Part shown: positions 26,828 through 36,920 of the stretch, one piece after another
Position numbering within the stretch: the first letter of the stretch is position 1
Layout of the letters: each line of letters opens with the position of its first letter
Program-made: the position numbers and the translations under genes
Notes under the pieces: model-generated
The model's database searches: none
Told to the model about the DNA's origin: nothing
The model's input: the letters and a program-made list of their open reading frames with translations, nothing else
Source of the DNA: a virus
Taxonomy: Duplodnaviria > Caudoviricetes
Length of the DNA: 45,089 nucleotides
Strand: one strand, 5' to 3'
Virus record (IMG/VR): IMGVR_UViG_3300020381_000857
Location: 1 to 45,089 of that record

Positions 26828-27958
26828 ATGAGCGAATACAAAAGAACAGCATTAGTTTTGGGTGCAGGTGGATTCATCGGCAGTCACATGGTCAAAAGAT
26901 TAAGAAGTGAGGGATATTGGGTAAGAGGTGTGGATTTAAAATATCCAGAGTTCTCTGAAACAGAAGCAAATGAATTCATTCAAGGTGATTTGCGTGATGT
27001 CGATTTCGTTCGTCGTGTAATACAATTCAAAGGATATCAAGGTAATCATTTCAATGAAATTGCATATAGATTGATCGAACCATTTGATGAGATCTATCAG
27101 TTTGCTGCTGATATGGGTGGTGCAGGTTTTGTATTCACTGGAGATAATGATGCAGACATCATGCACAATTCAGTATCAATTAACTTAAATGTTCTTGAAG
27201 AACAAAGAAAGTTAAATGAAACATTTAATGGTGAAAAGAAAACTTGGACTGAAGCAAATCGACCTAAGTTAGATTGGAAGACAAAGATATTCTATTCTGG
27301 TTCAGCATGTATGTATCCAGAGCATAACCAACTTGACCCTAATAATCCAGATTGCAGTGAATCATCAGCATATCCAGCAGAACCCGACTCAGAATACGGA
27401 TGGGAGAAACTCTTCTCCGAGCGTCTTTACCTTGCTTATGGTAGGAATTATTCTATGCCTGTACGGATTGCTCGATACCACAATATCTTTGGCCCTGAAG
27501 GCACTTGGAAAGGAGGTAGAGAAAAAGCACCAGCAGCAATCTGTAGAAAAGTAGCATACGTTCCTGAGTCAGGTGGATCAGTTGAAGTGTGGGGTGACGG
27601 TAAACAAACCAGATCATTCCTTTATATTGATGAGTGTATTGAAGCAACAAGGAGACTCATGGATTCAGAGTTTATTGGCCCTGTCAATATCGGTTCTGAG
27701 GAAATGGTATCAATAGATGAGTTGGTTGAAATTACTGCAAAGGTTGCAAAAAAAGTAGTACGAAAGGTTTATGATCTAAATGCACCTCGTGGTGTAATGG
27801 GTAGAAACTCTAACAATGACTTGATAAAAGAAAAATTAGGATGGGATTATACAATGACACTTGAAGAAGGAATTGAAAAAACATACGGATGGATTTCTTG
27901 GGAAGCATCAAAAGAAATTTACAGTGATAAAAATGTAGTTGGTATGAATGTTATTTAA
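26828..27958 (+). CDS. GDP-mannose 3,5-epimerase-like NAD-dependent epimerase
   Basis: GAGGFIG, AADMGG, SACMYP, YGWEK, GGREKAPAA, WGDGKQTRSF. Confidence 0.9.
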   Translation: MSEYKRTALVLGAGGFIGSHMVKRLRSEGYWVRGVDLKYPEFSETEANEFIQGDLRDVDFVRRVIQFKGYQGNHFNEIAYRLIEPFDEIYQFAADMGGAGFVFTGDNDADIMHNSVSINLNVLEEQRKLNETFNGEKKTWTEANRPKLDWKTKIFYSGSACMYPEHNQLDPNNPDCSESSAYPAEPDSEYGWEKLFSERLYLAYGRNYSMPVRIARYHNIFGPEGTWKGGREKAPAAICRKVAYVPESGGSVEVWGDGKQTRSFLYIDECIEATRRLMDSEFIGPVNIGSEEMVSIDELVEITAKVAKKVVRKVYDLNAPRGVMGRNSNNDLIKEKLGWDYTMTLEEGIEKTYGWISWEASKEIYSDKNVVGMNVI

Positions 27959-28758
27959 TGACTATTGGATTTAATCATCTTGGCCAATTAGGTCAATTGG
28001 GAAATCAAATGTTTCAGTATGCTATAACAAAATCTGTAGCATCAAAGTTAAATGTGCCTTTTAAAATTCCAAATCATCAAAATGTATTTGACGATGGTAT
28101 TGGTAATAGGTATACGATTCTTTTGTTTGACATATTCAAATTAGAAAGTTTGAATGATTTTGGATTTGTTGATACTCAGAAATATGTTCAAGAAAAACAT
28201 TTTCATTATGATGAAACTATCTTCGATATATTACCTCAAGAAGATTGTTCTTTGTGGGGTTTCTTTCAATCCGAAAAATACTTTAAAGATATTGAAAATG
28301 ATATCCGTAAAGATTTTAGATTTACAGATAAGTTAGTCTCTTCTTGTTGGAGTCTGATTAAAAATGTAGATAATCCAATCGCATTGCATATTAGAAGAGG
28401 TGATTTCATAATTAATTCTCAGAATCATCCACCATTATCCTTAGATTATTATAGAAGAGCTTTAAAATTATTTGATGATGATAGGCAAGTGATTATATTT
28501 TCTGATGATACGAAATGGTGTAAAGAACAAGAAATTTTTAGTGATGATAGATTTCTGGTATCAGAAGATAATGATCAATCTTATGATTTGTGTTTAATGA
28601 GTATGTGTGATGATTTTATTATTGCAAACTCTTCTTTCTCTTGGTGGGGTGCTTGGTTAGGAAATAGAGGAAAAGTTGTTGCACCTAAACAGTGGTTTGG
28701 TAAAGGACTAAATCATGATACAAAGGATTTGTATTGTAGTCATTGGAGTGTATTATGA
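27958..28758 (+). CDS. GT11 alpha-1,2-fucosyltransferase-like
   Basis: LGNQMFQYA, FQSEKYF, HIRRGD, IANSSFSWWGA. Confidence 0.92.
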   Translation: MTIGFNHLGQLGQLGNQMFQYAITKSVASKLNVPFKIPNHQNVFDDGIGNRYTILLFDIFKLESLNDFGFVDTQKYVQEKHFHYDETIFDILPQEDCSLWGFFQSEKYFKDIENDIRKDFRFTDKLVSSCWSLIKNVDNPIALHIRRGDFIINSQNHPPLSLDYYRRALKLFDDDRQVIIFSDDTKWCKEQEIFSDDRFLVSEDNDQSYDLCLMSMCDDFIIANSSFSWWGAWLGNRGKVVAPKQWFGKGLNHDTKDLYCSHWSVL

Positions 28759-29462
28759 AAATGTCAATTGCGGTTCCCACTTGGGAATCATATGGAAAAG
28801 GAAATGAATTTTTGGATGATCTTTTTAGAACTTTAGAGATGCAAACATTTCAAGATTTTGAAGTTGTAGTTTCAGATCATAGTAAAGATGATAAGTTAGT
28901 GGATGTCATTGATGAGTTTCAAGATAAATTCAATATATTATATGTCAAGAATAAAAATGATAGAGGCAATGGGCCAGCAAATACTAATAATGCAATAGAT
29001 AAATGTTCTGGGGATATAATCAAAGTAATGTTTCAAGATGATTTTTTCTATGATGATGAAGCATTGAAAAAGATTTACTATACATTATATAATAGTGATA
29101 AGACTTGGTTGTTAAATGGATCTAATCATACTCAAGATGATGGTCGTTCTTTTTACTGGGAAATGTATCCTAGATGGAATGATAAATTATTAGAGGGAGT
29201 TAACAGTATCAGTTCACCATCAGTTCTAGCATTTAAAAATAATGTAACTCGTAGATTTGATTCTACATTAACTTACTTCATGGATGTTGAATTCTATTAT
29301 GGAATGAAAGAAGATTACGGAGATCCTATACTTTATGATGATGTGTTAATCAGTAATAGAGTTGGTGATTATTCAGTAACAACAAACGTTTCAAATAAAA
29401 ATAGAGATTACTACGTCACTAAAGAAACAAAATATTGTAAAGAAAAGTATGGAGTTTTATGA
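28755..29462 (+). CDS. GT2-like glycosyltransferase
   Basis: SIAVPT, VVVSDHS, N.G...N.N, FQDD. Confidence 0.85.
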   Translation: MKMSIAVPTWESYGKGNEFLDDLFRTLEMQTFQDFEVVVSDHSKDDKLVDVIDEFQDKFNILYVKNKNDRGNGPANTNNAIDKCSGDIIKVMFQDDFFYDDEALKKIYYTLYNSDKTWLLNGSNHTQDDGRSFYWEMYPRWNDKLLEGVNSISSPSVLAFKNNVTRRFDSTLTYFMDVEFYYGMKEDYGDPILYDDVLISNRVGDYSVTTNVSNKNRDYYVTKETKYCKEKYGVL

Positions 29463-30190
29463 ATTTTAATTTTGAAAAATATAATGTTCCTTTTGATCAT
29501 TACATAATTGATAATTTTTTACCAGATGATATTGCAAAGTCAATATCAAATGATTTTTTAGATTATGAGAACCAGAAGTGGTATTTTTATAACAATCAAA
29601 TTGAAAATAAAAAAGCACTTCAAGATTGGGGAAAGTTTTCTAAAGAAACATATAAAATATTTCAATATTTTTGCTCACCAAGTTTCATAGAACAAATTAA
29701 ATCTATAACTGGAATAGTAGATCTGTATCCAGATTATGGATTGCATGGTGGTGGTTGGCACATGCACGGAACTGGAGGCAATCTAAACATTCATAAAGAT
29801 TATTCTGTGCATCCAAAACTTGGATTACGAAGGAAATTAAATCTTATTGTATATCTAAGTGAGGATTGGAACCCAGAGTGGGGTGGAGCTTTAGAATTCT
29901 GGTCACATAATCAAAACAACAATAAACCACTATCACTTGAAAAATCAATAGATTGTGTGTATAATAGAGCAGTGTTATTTGATACTACTCAAAATTCTTG
30001 GCATGGTCTTCCGACTCCACTAACTTGTCCGAAAGGAAAGTATAGAAAGAGTATAGCAATGTACTATCTAACTGATTCAGATAACAATGAAGAAGTTAGA
30101 AAAAGAGCTTTATTTGCACCAAGAAAGGAACAAGAAAATGATCCTAAAGTACTTGAATTAATTAAGGAGAGAAGTAAATGTACAAAGTAA
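29459..30190 (+). CDS. 2OG-Fe(II) oxygenase (glycan-cluster type)
   Basis: HGGGWH, IHKD, WGGALEFW, SWHG, RKSIA. Confidence 0.88.
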   Translation: MNFNFEKYNVPFDHYIIDNFLPDDIAKSISNDFLDYENQKWYFYNNQIENKKALQDWGKFSKETYKIFQYFCSPSFIEQIKSITGIVDLYPDYGLHGGGWHMHGTGGNLNIHKDYSVHPKLGLRRKLNLIVYLSEDWNPEWGGALEFWSHNQNNNKPLSLEKSIDCVYNRAVLFDTTQNSWHGLPTPLTCPKGKYRKSIAMYYLTDSDNNEEVRKRALFAPRKEQENDPKVLELIKERSKCTK

Positions 30191-30954
30191 TGATTGTTGG
30201 TCACGGATTTGTTGGATCTGCTGTGGCTTCATTATTCTCAGAAAAAGAAAAAGTAATCGTTGATCCTAAATTTACTGACACTAAATTATCTGATTATCCT
30301 GGTATAAAATTTGATGCTGTTTTTGTTTCAGTTGATACCCCAAAAGCAGAAGGATTTAAATTATTAGATTCTATCCTATGTGAATTAGATTATACAATGA
30401 TGAAGGGAACACCAGTTTGTTGTAAGTCAACAGCAACACCAGAGTTTTATCATGAAGTGTCCCAAAGATATAAAAATATAAAAATAGTTCATAGTCCAGA
30501 GTATCTTAACAAATCAAATCCAATTAAGATGTTTCAAGGACAGAAGTTTTTTATAATTGGTGGAGATCAACATGCTGCAATGGCAGTAGGACATATATTT
30601 AAATCAAGATTAAATCATGTAAAGAATATTAGATATACAGATATAAGGACAGCTGCAATGGTAAAATATTCTGAAAATGCATTTCTTGCTATGAGAGTAA
30701 CTTTCTTTAATGAGTTATATAAAATGCACAAAGCACAAGGATGCGAATCCACCTATGATGAATTTGTAGAGATGGTTGGTTTGGATGAAAGAATAGGACA
30801 ATCTCATAACAAAGTTCCTGGTCAAGATGGTAAGTTTGGGTGGGATAGTCATTGTTTAAATAAAGATCTATACGAATTGCAAACTTTTGGTGGTAGTTCT
30901 TTGGTAAAATTTATTAGAGAACTCAATGCCGAACACAGGAGTATTGAATCGTGA
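30178..30954 (+). CDS. Short UDP-glucose/GDP-mannose dehydrogenase-like protein
   Basis: GHGFVG, VDTP, KST, SPEYL, KYSEN, HCLNKD. Confidence 0.8.
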   Translation: MYKVMIVGHGFVGSAVASLFSEKEKVIVDPKFTDTKLSDYPGIKFDAVFVSVDTPKAEGFKLLDSILCELDYTMMKGTPVCCKSTATPEFYHEVSQRYKNIKIVHSPEYLNKSNPIKMFQGQKFFIIGGDQHAAMAVGHIFKSRLNHVKNIRYTDIRTAAMVKYSENAFLAMRVTFFNELYKMHKAQGCESTYDEFVEMVGLDERIGQSHNKVPGQDGKFGWDSHCLNKDLYELQTFGGSSLVKFIRELNAEHRSIES

Positions 30955-31625
30955 AGATAGCAGTATTAACTTCTTCTATTGGCAGCACACAATTACTAGA
31001 TCCAATACCATTTGATGGTGTTGATTACCATGCTTTTGTTGATTATGTTAGTGATAGTAGTAGGTGGATAAAGCATCCTATAGTTCCGTTCTCTGTTGAT
31101 ACTAGATATAAAAATCGCAGAGATGCAAAAGTATATAAAATTCTTCCCTTTGCTTTTTTACCAGATTATGATTATTATTTTTGGATAGATTCGACACATA
31201 TCTTAGAAGCAAATCCATATGAAATTATTGATAATTATTTAAAGGATAGTGATGTAGCAGTATTCAAACACCCAGAAAGAGATTGTGTATATATTGAAGG
31301 TAATTTTGTAAAACAAATAAGGTTTGATCATCCTAACTTATTGGAGGATCAACTTGCTTTTTATAAGGATGTATGCTATCCTGAACATAATGGTTTGTAT
31401 GAATTACCAGTAAGAGTTCAAAGAAATACTAAATTAACTCAACAATTAGGCTGGATGTGGTGGGAGCAAATTTGTATGTTCTCATCAAGAGACCAAATCA
31501 GTTTTCCTTTTGTTTGTCATCAACTAGGAATCAAACCTACCGTACTTCCAGGTATTGCAAATACTATCAGAGGTAACAAACTTATGCCACAATTAATCGT
31601 ATCAAATCACAGTAGAGTATTATGA
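30951..31625 (+). CDS. DUF616-like glycosyltransferase
   Basis: YKILP, WIDS, HPERDCVY, SRDQISF. Confidence 0.8.
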   Translation: MKIAVLTSSIGSTQLLDPIPFDGVDYHAFVDYVSDSSRWIKHPIVPFSVDTRYKNRRDAKVYKILPFAFLPDYDYYFWIDSTHILEANPYEIIDNYLKDSDVAVFKHPERDCVYIEGNFVKQIRFDHPNLLEDQLAFYKDVCYPEHNGLYELPVRVQRNTKLTQQLGWMWWEQICMFSSRDQISFPFVCHQLGIKPTVLPGIANTIRGNKLMPQLIVSNHSRVL

Positions 31626-32200
31626 ATATTTTAGAACAAATTGCTGCAAAGGCAGAGAAAGGTGATACAGGAATGTCATTACATTATGGATTTCTTTATT
31701 CGTGTGTAGTTGGATTGGAAAGTAAAAAAGTTTTTGAATTTGGTAGTGGATACTCAACACATGTTATTTTAAATGCCTTAGAAAAAACAGGTGGTATTCT
31801 TACTAGTTGTGATGTGACAGATTTTAGTGTGAATCCATCTATTACAGAGTATACAAAGAATAGTAAATCTTGGAATTTTTATAATGGTAATAGCACTGAA
31901 ATATTCGAAGACATTGATATGGAACAATATGATCTAGTTTTACATGATGGATCACATATTGGTGAAGAAGTACTAGTTGATTTGAATAACATTTATCCAT
32001 ACTTAAAACATGATGGCATTTTGATTACTCATGATACAAGACATCAAACTCTTGGTGCAGGTATGAGTAAAGCAGTAAATGAATTTGTAAAAAATAAAGA
32101 TGTAGATTTCTGCACATTACCTTATGGTTATGGACTTACCTTTATCAGAAACAAGGCTAACTTACAAAACAAAGTGGAGTTGACTTGGAGAAAAAGATGA
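31622..32200 (+). CDS. Class I SAM-dependent methyltransferase (Methyltransf_24-like)
   Basis: EFGSGYST, HDGSH, GILITHD. Confidence 0.85.
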   Translation: MNILEQIAAKAEKGDTGMSLHYGFLYSCVVGLESKKVFEFGSGYSTHVILNALEKTGGILTSCDVTDFSVNPSITEYTKNSKSWNFYNGNSTEIFEDIDMEQYDLVLHDGSHIGEEVLVDLNNIYPYLKHDGILITHDTRHQTLGAGMSKAVNEFVKNKDVDFCTLPYGYGLTFIRNKANLQNKVELTWRKR

Positions 32201-33129
32201 AGATTCTTTTTAATGAGCATCCAAACAAAGGTCTCCAGAGAGTTGGTTACTGCTCATACTATGGTGAAATCTTTTATGCACTAGAGGAAGTCTGTGAGGT
32301 TACTTCATCTTGTGGTGTACCAAGAAGAACAAGTGAATTTGGTAGTGGGTATGATGCAATTGTAATGGGATTTGGACATACAGATTGTGGTGATGCAGGC
32401 CCAATGGCAACAATAAATGATAATAATATTCCTTTGTTTCCAATTTTAAATAAAGAATATACAGGATTGAAACAAAAGTTGGAGTGGATTAAAAATATGA
32501 AACCAACTGCTGCACTTACTGTTCATCATGACACAGAAGAGTATTCAAAGATTACTGGTGTCCCTTTTCATAGAATTATGTGGTCGGCAAATAAAAATTT
32601 ATTTAAAGACTATGGTGAAGATTATAAGTATGATTTATTTTTCTCTGGTGTAACTAGACCAGAACAAACAGAAAACTTGAGAGAAAGAATTCTTTCTGAT
32701 ATGTCTAGTCTTTCCAAATACAATTTGTCTGTTAATATTAGATCACATAGAACAAACTATTCTGGAACAATTTTTTCTCCAGAAGATTATGCAAAAAGAT
32801 TAGCATCATCAAAGATATGTTTTATTACAACTGGGCCTGCTGATTTAGTAGGAACTCGTTATTTTGAAGTGATGTCTGGTAATCGAAGTTTGATACTTTG
32901 TAATAGAATGGGTAAAGATGTGTATGAAGATATGTTGATAGATGAATATAATTGTGTTATGTTTTCTGATGAAAATGAATTTTTTGAAAAAGCAATCTAT
33001 TATCTAGAACATGAAGATGAAAGAATGAAGATTGTAAATAATGCTCATGACTATTTTATCAAGACTCAATCATGGAATAGTAAAGCACTCAAAATTAAAA
33101 GTATAATAGAGAGTTATATTAATGTTTGA
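32197..33129 (+). CDS. GT-B glycosyltransferase (CgeB/Glyco_trans_1_2-like)
   Basis: YDLFFSG, Y...L..SKI, RYFEV, YYLEH.DER..I. Confidence 0.8.
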   Translation: MKILFNEHPNKGLQRVGYCSYYGEIFYALEEVCEVTSSCGVPRRTSEFGSGYDAIVMGFGHTDCGDAGPMATINDNNIPLFPILNKEYTGLKQKLEWIKNMKPTAALTVHHDTEEYSKITGVPFHRIMWSANKNLFKDYGEDYKYDLFFSGVTRPEQTENLRERILSDMSSLSKYNLSVNIRSHRTNYSGTIFSPEDYAKRLASSKICFITTGPADLVGTRYFEVMSGNRSLILCNRMGKDVYEDMLIDEYNCVMFSDENEFFEKAIYYLEHEDERMKIVNNAHDYFIKTQSWNSKALKIKSIIESYINV

Positions 33130-33895
33130 TCTTTCTAAAAAAGTTGCTTTAGTAACAGGAGGTGCTGGTCTTTTAGGTGAAATGCATTCCGAAGCAATTG
33201 TTGAATGTGGTGGTAAAGTTATTATAGGAGATTTGAATCTTGAATTAGCAACAGAAGTATGCGATAGAATTAATTCAAAATACCCTAATAAAGCAACTCC
33301 AATACATTTAAATGTCCTTGATAAGGATACAATTAAAAATATTCTCACACTTCATCCAGATATAAATGTTTTAATTAATAATGCTGCAATAGATCCTAAA
33401 GTTAAAGGTTCTGTTGGCCCTTCTGGAGATTTTGAAACTCTTAGTGAAAGTGATTGGGATTTGTCAGTTGATGTAATTTTAAAAGGAACATTCTTTTGTT
33501 CTCAAATCTTTTGTCCACACTTTGAAAAAAATGGTGGTGGTAATGTGGTTAACATTTCATCAGTCATGGGTGTGATTGCACCTAATCAAAGCATCTATGG
33601 TGATTTTAAAAAACCAATTACATATACTACTGCAAAACATGGTGTCATTGGTATGACTAAGTACTTAGCAACATACTATGCCAAATCAAACATTAGAGTT
33701 AATTGTATATCACCAGGTGGAGTGTATACAGATCAGTCTGAAGAGTTTGTAGATAAGTTAACTAACTTAATACCAATGGGAAGGATGGCAAAGAAGGATG
33801 AATATAAAGGATCTATTGCATTCCTTTGTTCTGATTCTAGTTCTTATATGACAGGACACAATTTAATTGTAGATGGTGGTATGACGGTATGGTAA
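33122..33895 (+). CDS. Classical SDR oxidoreductase (PtmA-like)
   Basis: TGGAGLLG, INNAA, YTTAK, IRVNCISPGG. Confidence 0.9.
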   Translation: MFDLSKKVALVTGGAGLLGEMHSEAIVECGGKVIIGDLNLELATEVCDRINSKYPNKATPIHLNVLDKDTIKNILTLHPDINVLINNAAIDPKVKGSVGPSGDFETLSESDWDLSVDVILKGTFFCSQIFCPHFEKNGGGNVVNISSVMGVIAPNQSIYGDFKKPITYTTAKHGVIGMTKYLATYYAKSNIRVNCISPGGVYTDQSEEFVDKLTNLIPMGRMAKKDEYKGSIAFLCSDSSSYMTGHNLIVDGGMTVW

Positions 33896-34641
33896 ATTGT
33901 ATTTTAATAACTGTTAGGACATCATCAACTAGACTTCCAAAAAAAGCAATTTTGGATATTAATGGTAAACCAGCAATACAATATCTAATAGAAAATATAA
34001 AAAAAAGTAAATCAGCAGACAAAATTATATTATGTACAAGCGAAGAATCTGATGATGACATACTTTGTCAAATAGCAACTAACTGTGGTATTGAATATTA
34101 CAGAGGATCATTAAAGGATAAGTTGGTTAGGTGGATGGATGCATGTAAAAATTATGATATAGACTTTTTTGTCAATGTTGATGGTGATGATTTATTTTTT
34201 GATTATAATTTAGCTGACCTTGTTATTGAACAATACAAAGAATGCCCATGTGATTTTATAGATGGAAATGGACTTTATAATGATGTTTATGGAGTTAGTA
34301 CAAAGGCACTAAAAAAAGTTTGTGATATTAAAGATACTGATGATACAGAATACATAAGACTTTATTTTACTGAAACAAATTTGTTTGATGTTAAAAAGAT
34401 AAACAACATCCCAAAGAAATACATTAAGGGAAAGGTAAGAATGACTTTAGATTATAAAGAAGATTTTGAATTCTTTACAAAAGTAATCGAAGGTGTGCTG
34501 CCTGATGAACTGACTCTTGACAACATCAATAATTTTCTCTATAATAACCCTAGTATTGCAAATATAAATTATTTTCTTGATGAAAAATGGAAATCAAATC
34601 AAGAGAAAATAAAAAATTTTAAAGTTAAGCAACATGATTGA
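33889..34641 (+). CDS. Sugar cytidylyltransferase (SpsF/NeuA/KdsB family)
   Basis: RTSSTRLPKK, RGS..D...R, VDGDD, RMTLDY.EDF. Confidence 0.88.
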   Translation: MVNCILITVRTSSTRLPKKAILDINGKPAIQYLIENIKKSKSADKIILCTSEESDDDILCQIATNCGIEYYRGSLKDKLVRWMDACKNYDIDFFVNVDGDDLFFDYNLADLVIEQYKECPCDFIDGNGLYNDVYGVSTKALKKVCDIKDTDDTEYIRLYFTETNLFDVKKINNIPKKYIKGKVRMTLDYKEDFEFFTKVIEGVLPDELTLDNINNFLYNNPSIANINYFLDEKWKSNQEKIKNFKVKQHD

Positions 34642-35773
34642 TAACAAAAGAATTAGGGATTTAGTAAATGATGTATTCAAAAGTAATGATGAATACAGTT
34701 TAACTCAAAAATTTGAAGAAGAGTTTTGTAAAAAGTTTGGAGTGGAGTATGCAGTATCAATTAACTCAGCAACTTCTGGACTTCATGCTGCATTAGCAGC
34801 AGCTGGTGTCGAACCAGGTGATGAAGTCATTCAACCCTCTGTTACAGTTGTCATGGACTCCTATGCAACTCTTTACTTAGGTGCTACTCCTGTGTTTGTT
34901 GATATCAATCCTGATACTTGGAATATTGATGTTAATGAAATTGAAAAGAATATTACAGAAAAAACAAAAGCAATTATAGTTGTATCTTTATATGGATTGC
35001 CTGTTGATATTGATCCAATAATGGATATTGCTAGGAAACATAATATCACTGTTATTGATGATTCTGCTGAAACTGTTCTATCCAAGTATAAAGATGGATA
35101 CTCTGGAACTTGTGCAGACATTGGTGTGTTTAGTTTTGAGAAAACAAAACATATTACATCAGGTAGTGAAGGTGGAATGGTTGTTACCAATTCAGAAACT
35201 CTTGCTGAAAAAATTAGAAAGTTTGGTGGCATAGGATACAAGAATCTGACAGCAACTGCTGGTAGAACTAGTCTAGCATCATCTGTTTTTCAAAATCCAA
35301 ATTATGAGAGATTTGATATTATAGGTTATAATTATAGAATGAATTTAATCACAGCTGCTTGTGGTCTTGCTAACTTTGAAATAATAGATGAGATAATAGA
35401 TAAAAGAAAAAAAATTGGATCTATGTTTCTTGAAGCGGTTGCTGATTGTTCATGGATAAAAACTCAAAAAGTTTATGATTACTGTGAACATAGTTACTAT
35501 ACTTTTGCTTTTATTTTTGAACATGATGATGTTACTTGGGAACAATTTTATAACACATACATAAAAATGGGTGGAGATGGATTCTATGCTTGTTGGAAAA
35601 ATCCTTACCTTGAACCTTCTTTAAAAGAAAAGTTTGCTGATGTATCTTGTCCAGTAGCAGAGGACTACCAGAAGAAACTCATGTGTCTTAAAACAAACTA
35701 TAGGGATCTTGAATTGGCACAAAAAAAGGTTGATGTTTTAAATGATCTTATTAACAAAATTGGGAGAAATTAA
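34634..35773 (+). CDS. DegT/DnrJ/EryC1/StrS PLP-dependent sugar aminotransferase
   Basis: NSATSGL, IDDSAE, FSFEKTKH, EGGM, GYNYRM. Confidence 0.92.
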   Translation: MIDNKRIRDLVNDVFKSNDEYSLTQKFEEEFCKKFGVEYAVSINSATSGLHAALAAAGVEPGDEVIQPSVTVVMDSYATLYLGATPVFVDINPDTWNIDVNEIEKNITEKTKAIIVVSLYGLPVDIDPIMDIARKHNITVIDDSAETVLSKYKDGYSGTCADIGVFSFEKTKHITSGSEGGMVVTNSETLAEKIRKFGGIGYKNLTATAGRTSLASSVFQNPNYERFDIIGYNYRMNLITAACGLANFEIIDEIIDKRKKIGSMFLEAVADCSWIKTQKVYDYCEHSYYTFAFIFEHDDVTWEQFYNTYIKMGGDGFYACWKNPYLEPSLKEKFADVSCPVAEDYQKKLMCLKTNYRDLELAQKKVDVLNDLINKIGRN

Positions 35774-35775
35774 TT

Positions 35776-36594
35776 ATGTACATTATAGCTGAGATTGGAA
35801 TAAATCATAATGGTTCAATGGATCATGCTAAAAAATTGATACGTCAAGCATATGATTCAAAATGCCATGCAGTAAAATTTCAAAAAAGAGATCCTGATGT
35901 TTGTGTTCCAGAAAATCAAAAGTCTGTGATTAGAGAAACACCTTGGGGAACTATGACATATTTGGAATATAAATGGAAGATTGAATTTAATACAGAACAA
36001 TATAATGAACTTCGTGATTATACAAAAAGTTTTGGAATGGACTTTATAGTTTCTTGTTGGGATAAAGAAAGCATAAAGGTAATTGAAGATAACGTTGATG
36101 TTGATTATCATAAGGTTGCCTCTGCATTAGTTACTGATAAAGAGTTTTTAAAAAACCTTGTTGATACAGGAAAACCAATTATTCTTTCTACAGGAATGTC
36201 AAGTCAGTACGAAATAGATCAAGCAATAGATATTCTTTATCCTAATCTTAAATATATTCTTGCCTGTACTAGCACATATCCATCAAATATTGATGAATTA
36301 AATTTGAACTATATTGTAAGGTTGCAAAATGATTACCCACAATTTAAAATTGGTTTTTCAAATCATTACAGTGGGTTTGATGCAAGTCTTGGAGCAGTTG
36401 CACTTGGTGCTGAATGTATAGAATTTCATATTACAGATGATCGAGCATCTTACGGAACAGATCAATCAGCCTCAATTGAAAATAGTTTTAAACTTGTTGA
36501 AGGTATTAATATCATGAAGAGAATGTTAGGTGATGGTATTAAGAAAGTTTATGATAGTGAACTACCAATTAAAAAGAAGTTGAGAAAAGTATGA
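35776..36594 (+). CDS. neuB: NeuB-family nonulosonic acid synthase (no C-terminal SAF domain)
   Basis: IIAEIGINHNG, VKFQKR, ILSTGMS, STYP, GFSNH, EFHIT, GTDQSAS. Confidence 0.92.
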   Translation: MYIIAEIGINHNGSMDHAKKLIRQAYDSKCHAVKFQKRDPDVCVPENQKSVIRETPWGTMTYLEYKWKIEFNTEQYNELRDYTKSFGMDFIVSCWDKESIKVIEDNVDVDYHKVASALVTDKEFLKNLVDTGKPIILSTGMSSQYEIDQAIDILYPNLKYILACTSTYPSNIDELNLNYIVRLQNDYPQFKIGFSNHYSGFDASLGAVALGAECIEFHITDDRASYGTDQSASIENSFKLVEGINIMKRMLGDGIKKVYDSELPIKKKLRKV

Positions 36595-36917
36595 AAAGAT
36601 ATTGTTTTGATATTGATGGTACAATTTGCACCAATACTTGGGGTGAATATGAAGATGCCGAACCATTTTTTGATAGGATAAAAATTATCAATGAGTTATA
36701 TGAAAAAGGAAATCATATAACTTATCTTACTGCAAGAGGTATGGGTAGGTGTGATGGTAATGTTGCATGTGCATACAGCATGTGGTACACTCTTACATAT
36801 AATCAACTTAATGATTGGGGATGTGAGTTTCATCAATTAATTTTGGGTAAACCTCATGCTGATCATTACATAGATGACAAAGGAATTTTTGATCAAGATT
36901 TTTTTAAATCGAGGTAA
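36591..36917 (+). CDS. Minimal HAD-family phosphatase
   Basis: FDIDGT, TARG, GKP, YIDDK. Confidence 0.85.
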   Translation: MKRYCFDIDGTICTNTWGEYEDAEPFFDRIKIINELYEKGNHITYLTARGMGRCDGNVACAYSMWYTLTYNQLNDWGCEFHQLILGKPHADHYIDDKGIFDQDFFKSR

Positions 36918-36920
36918 TAT

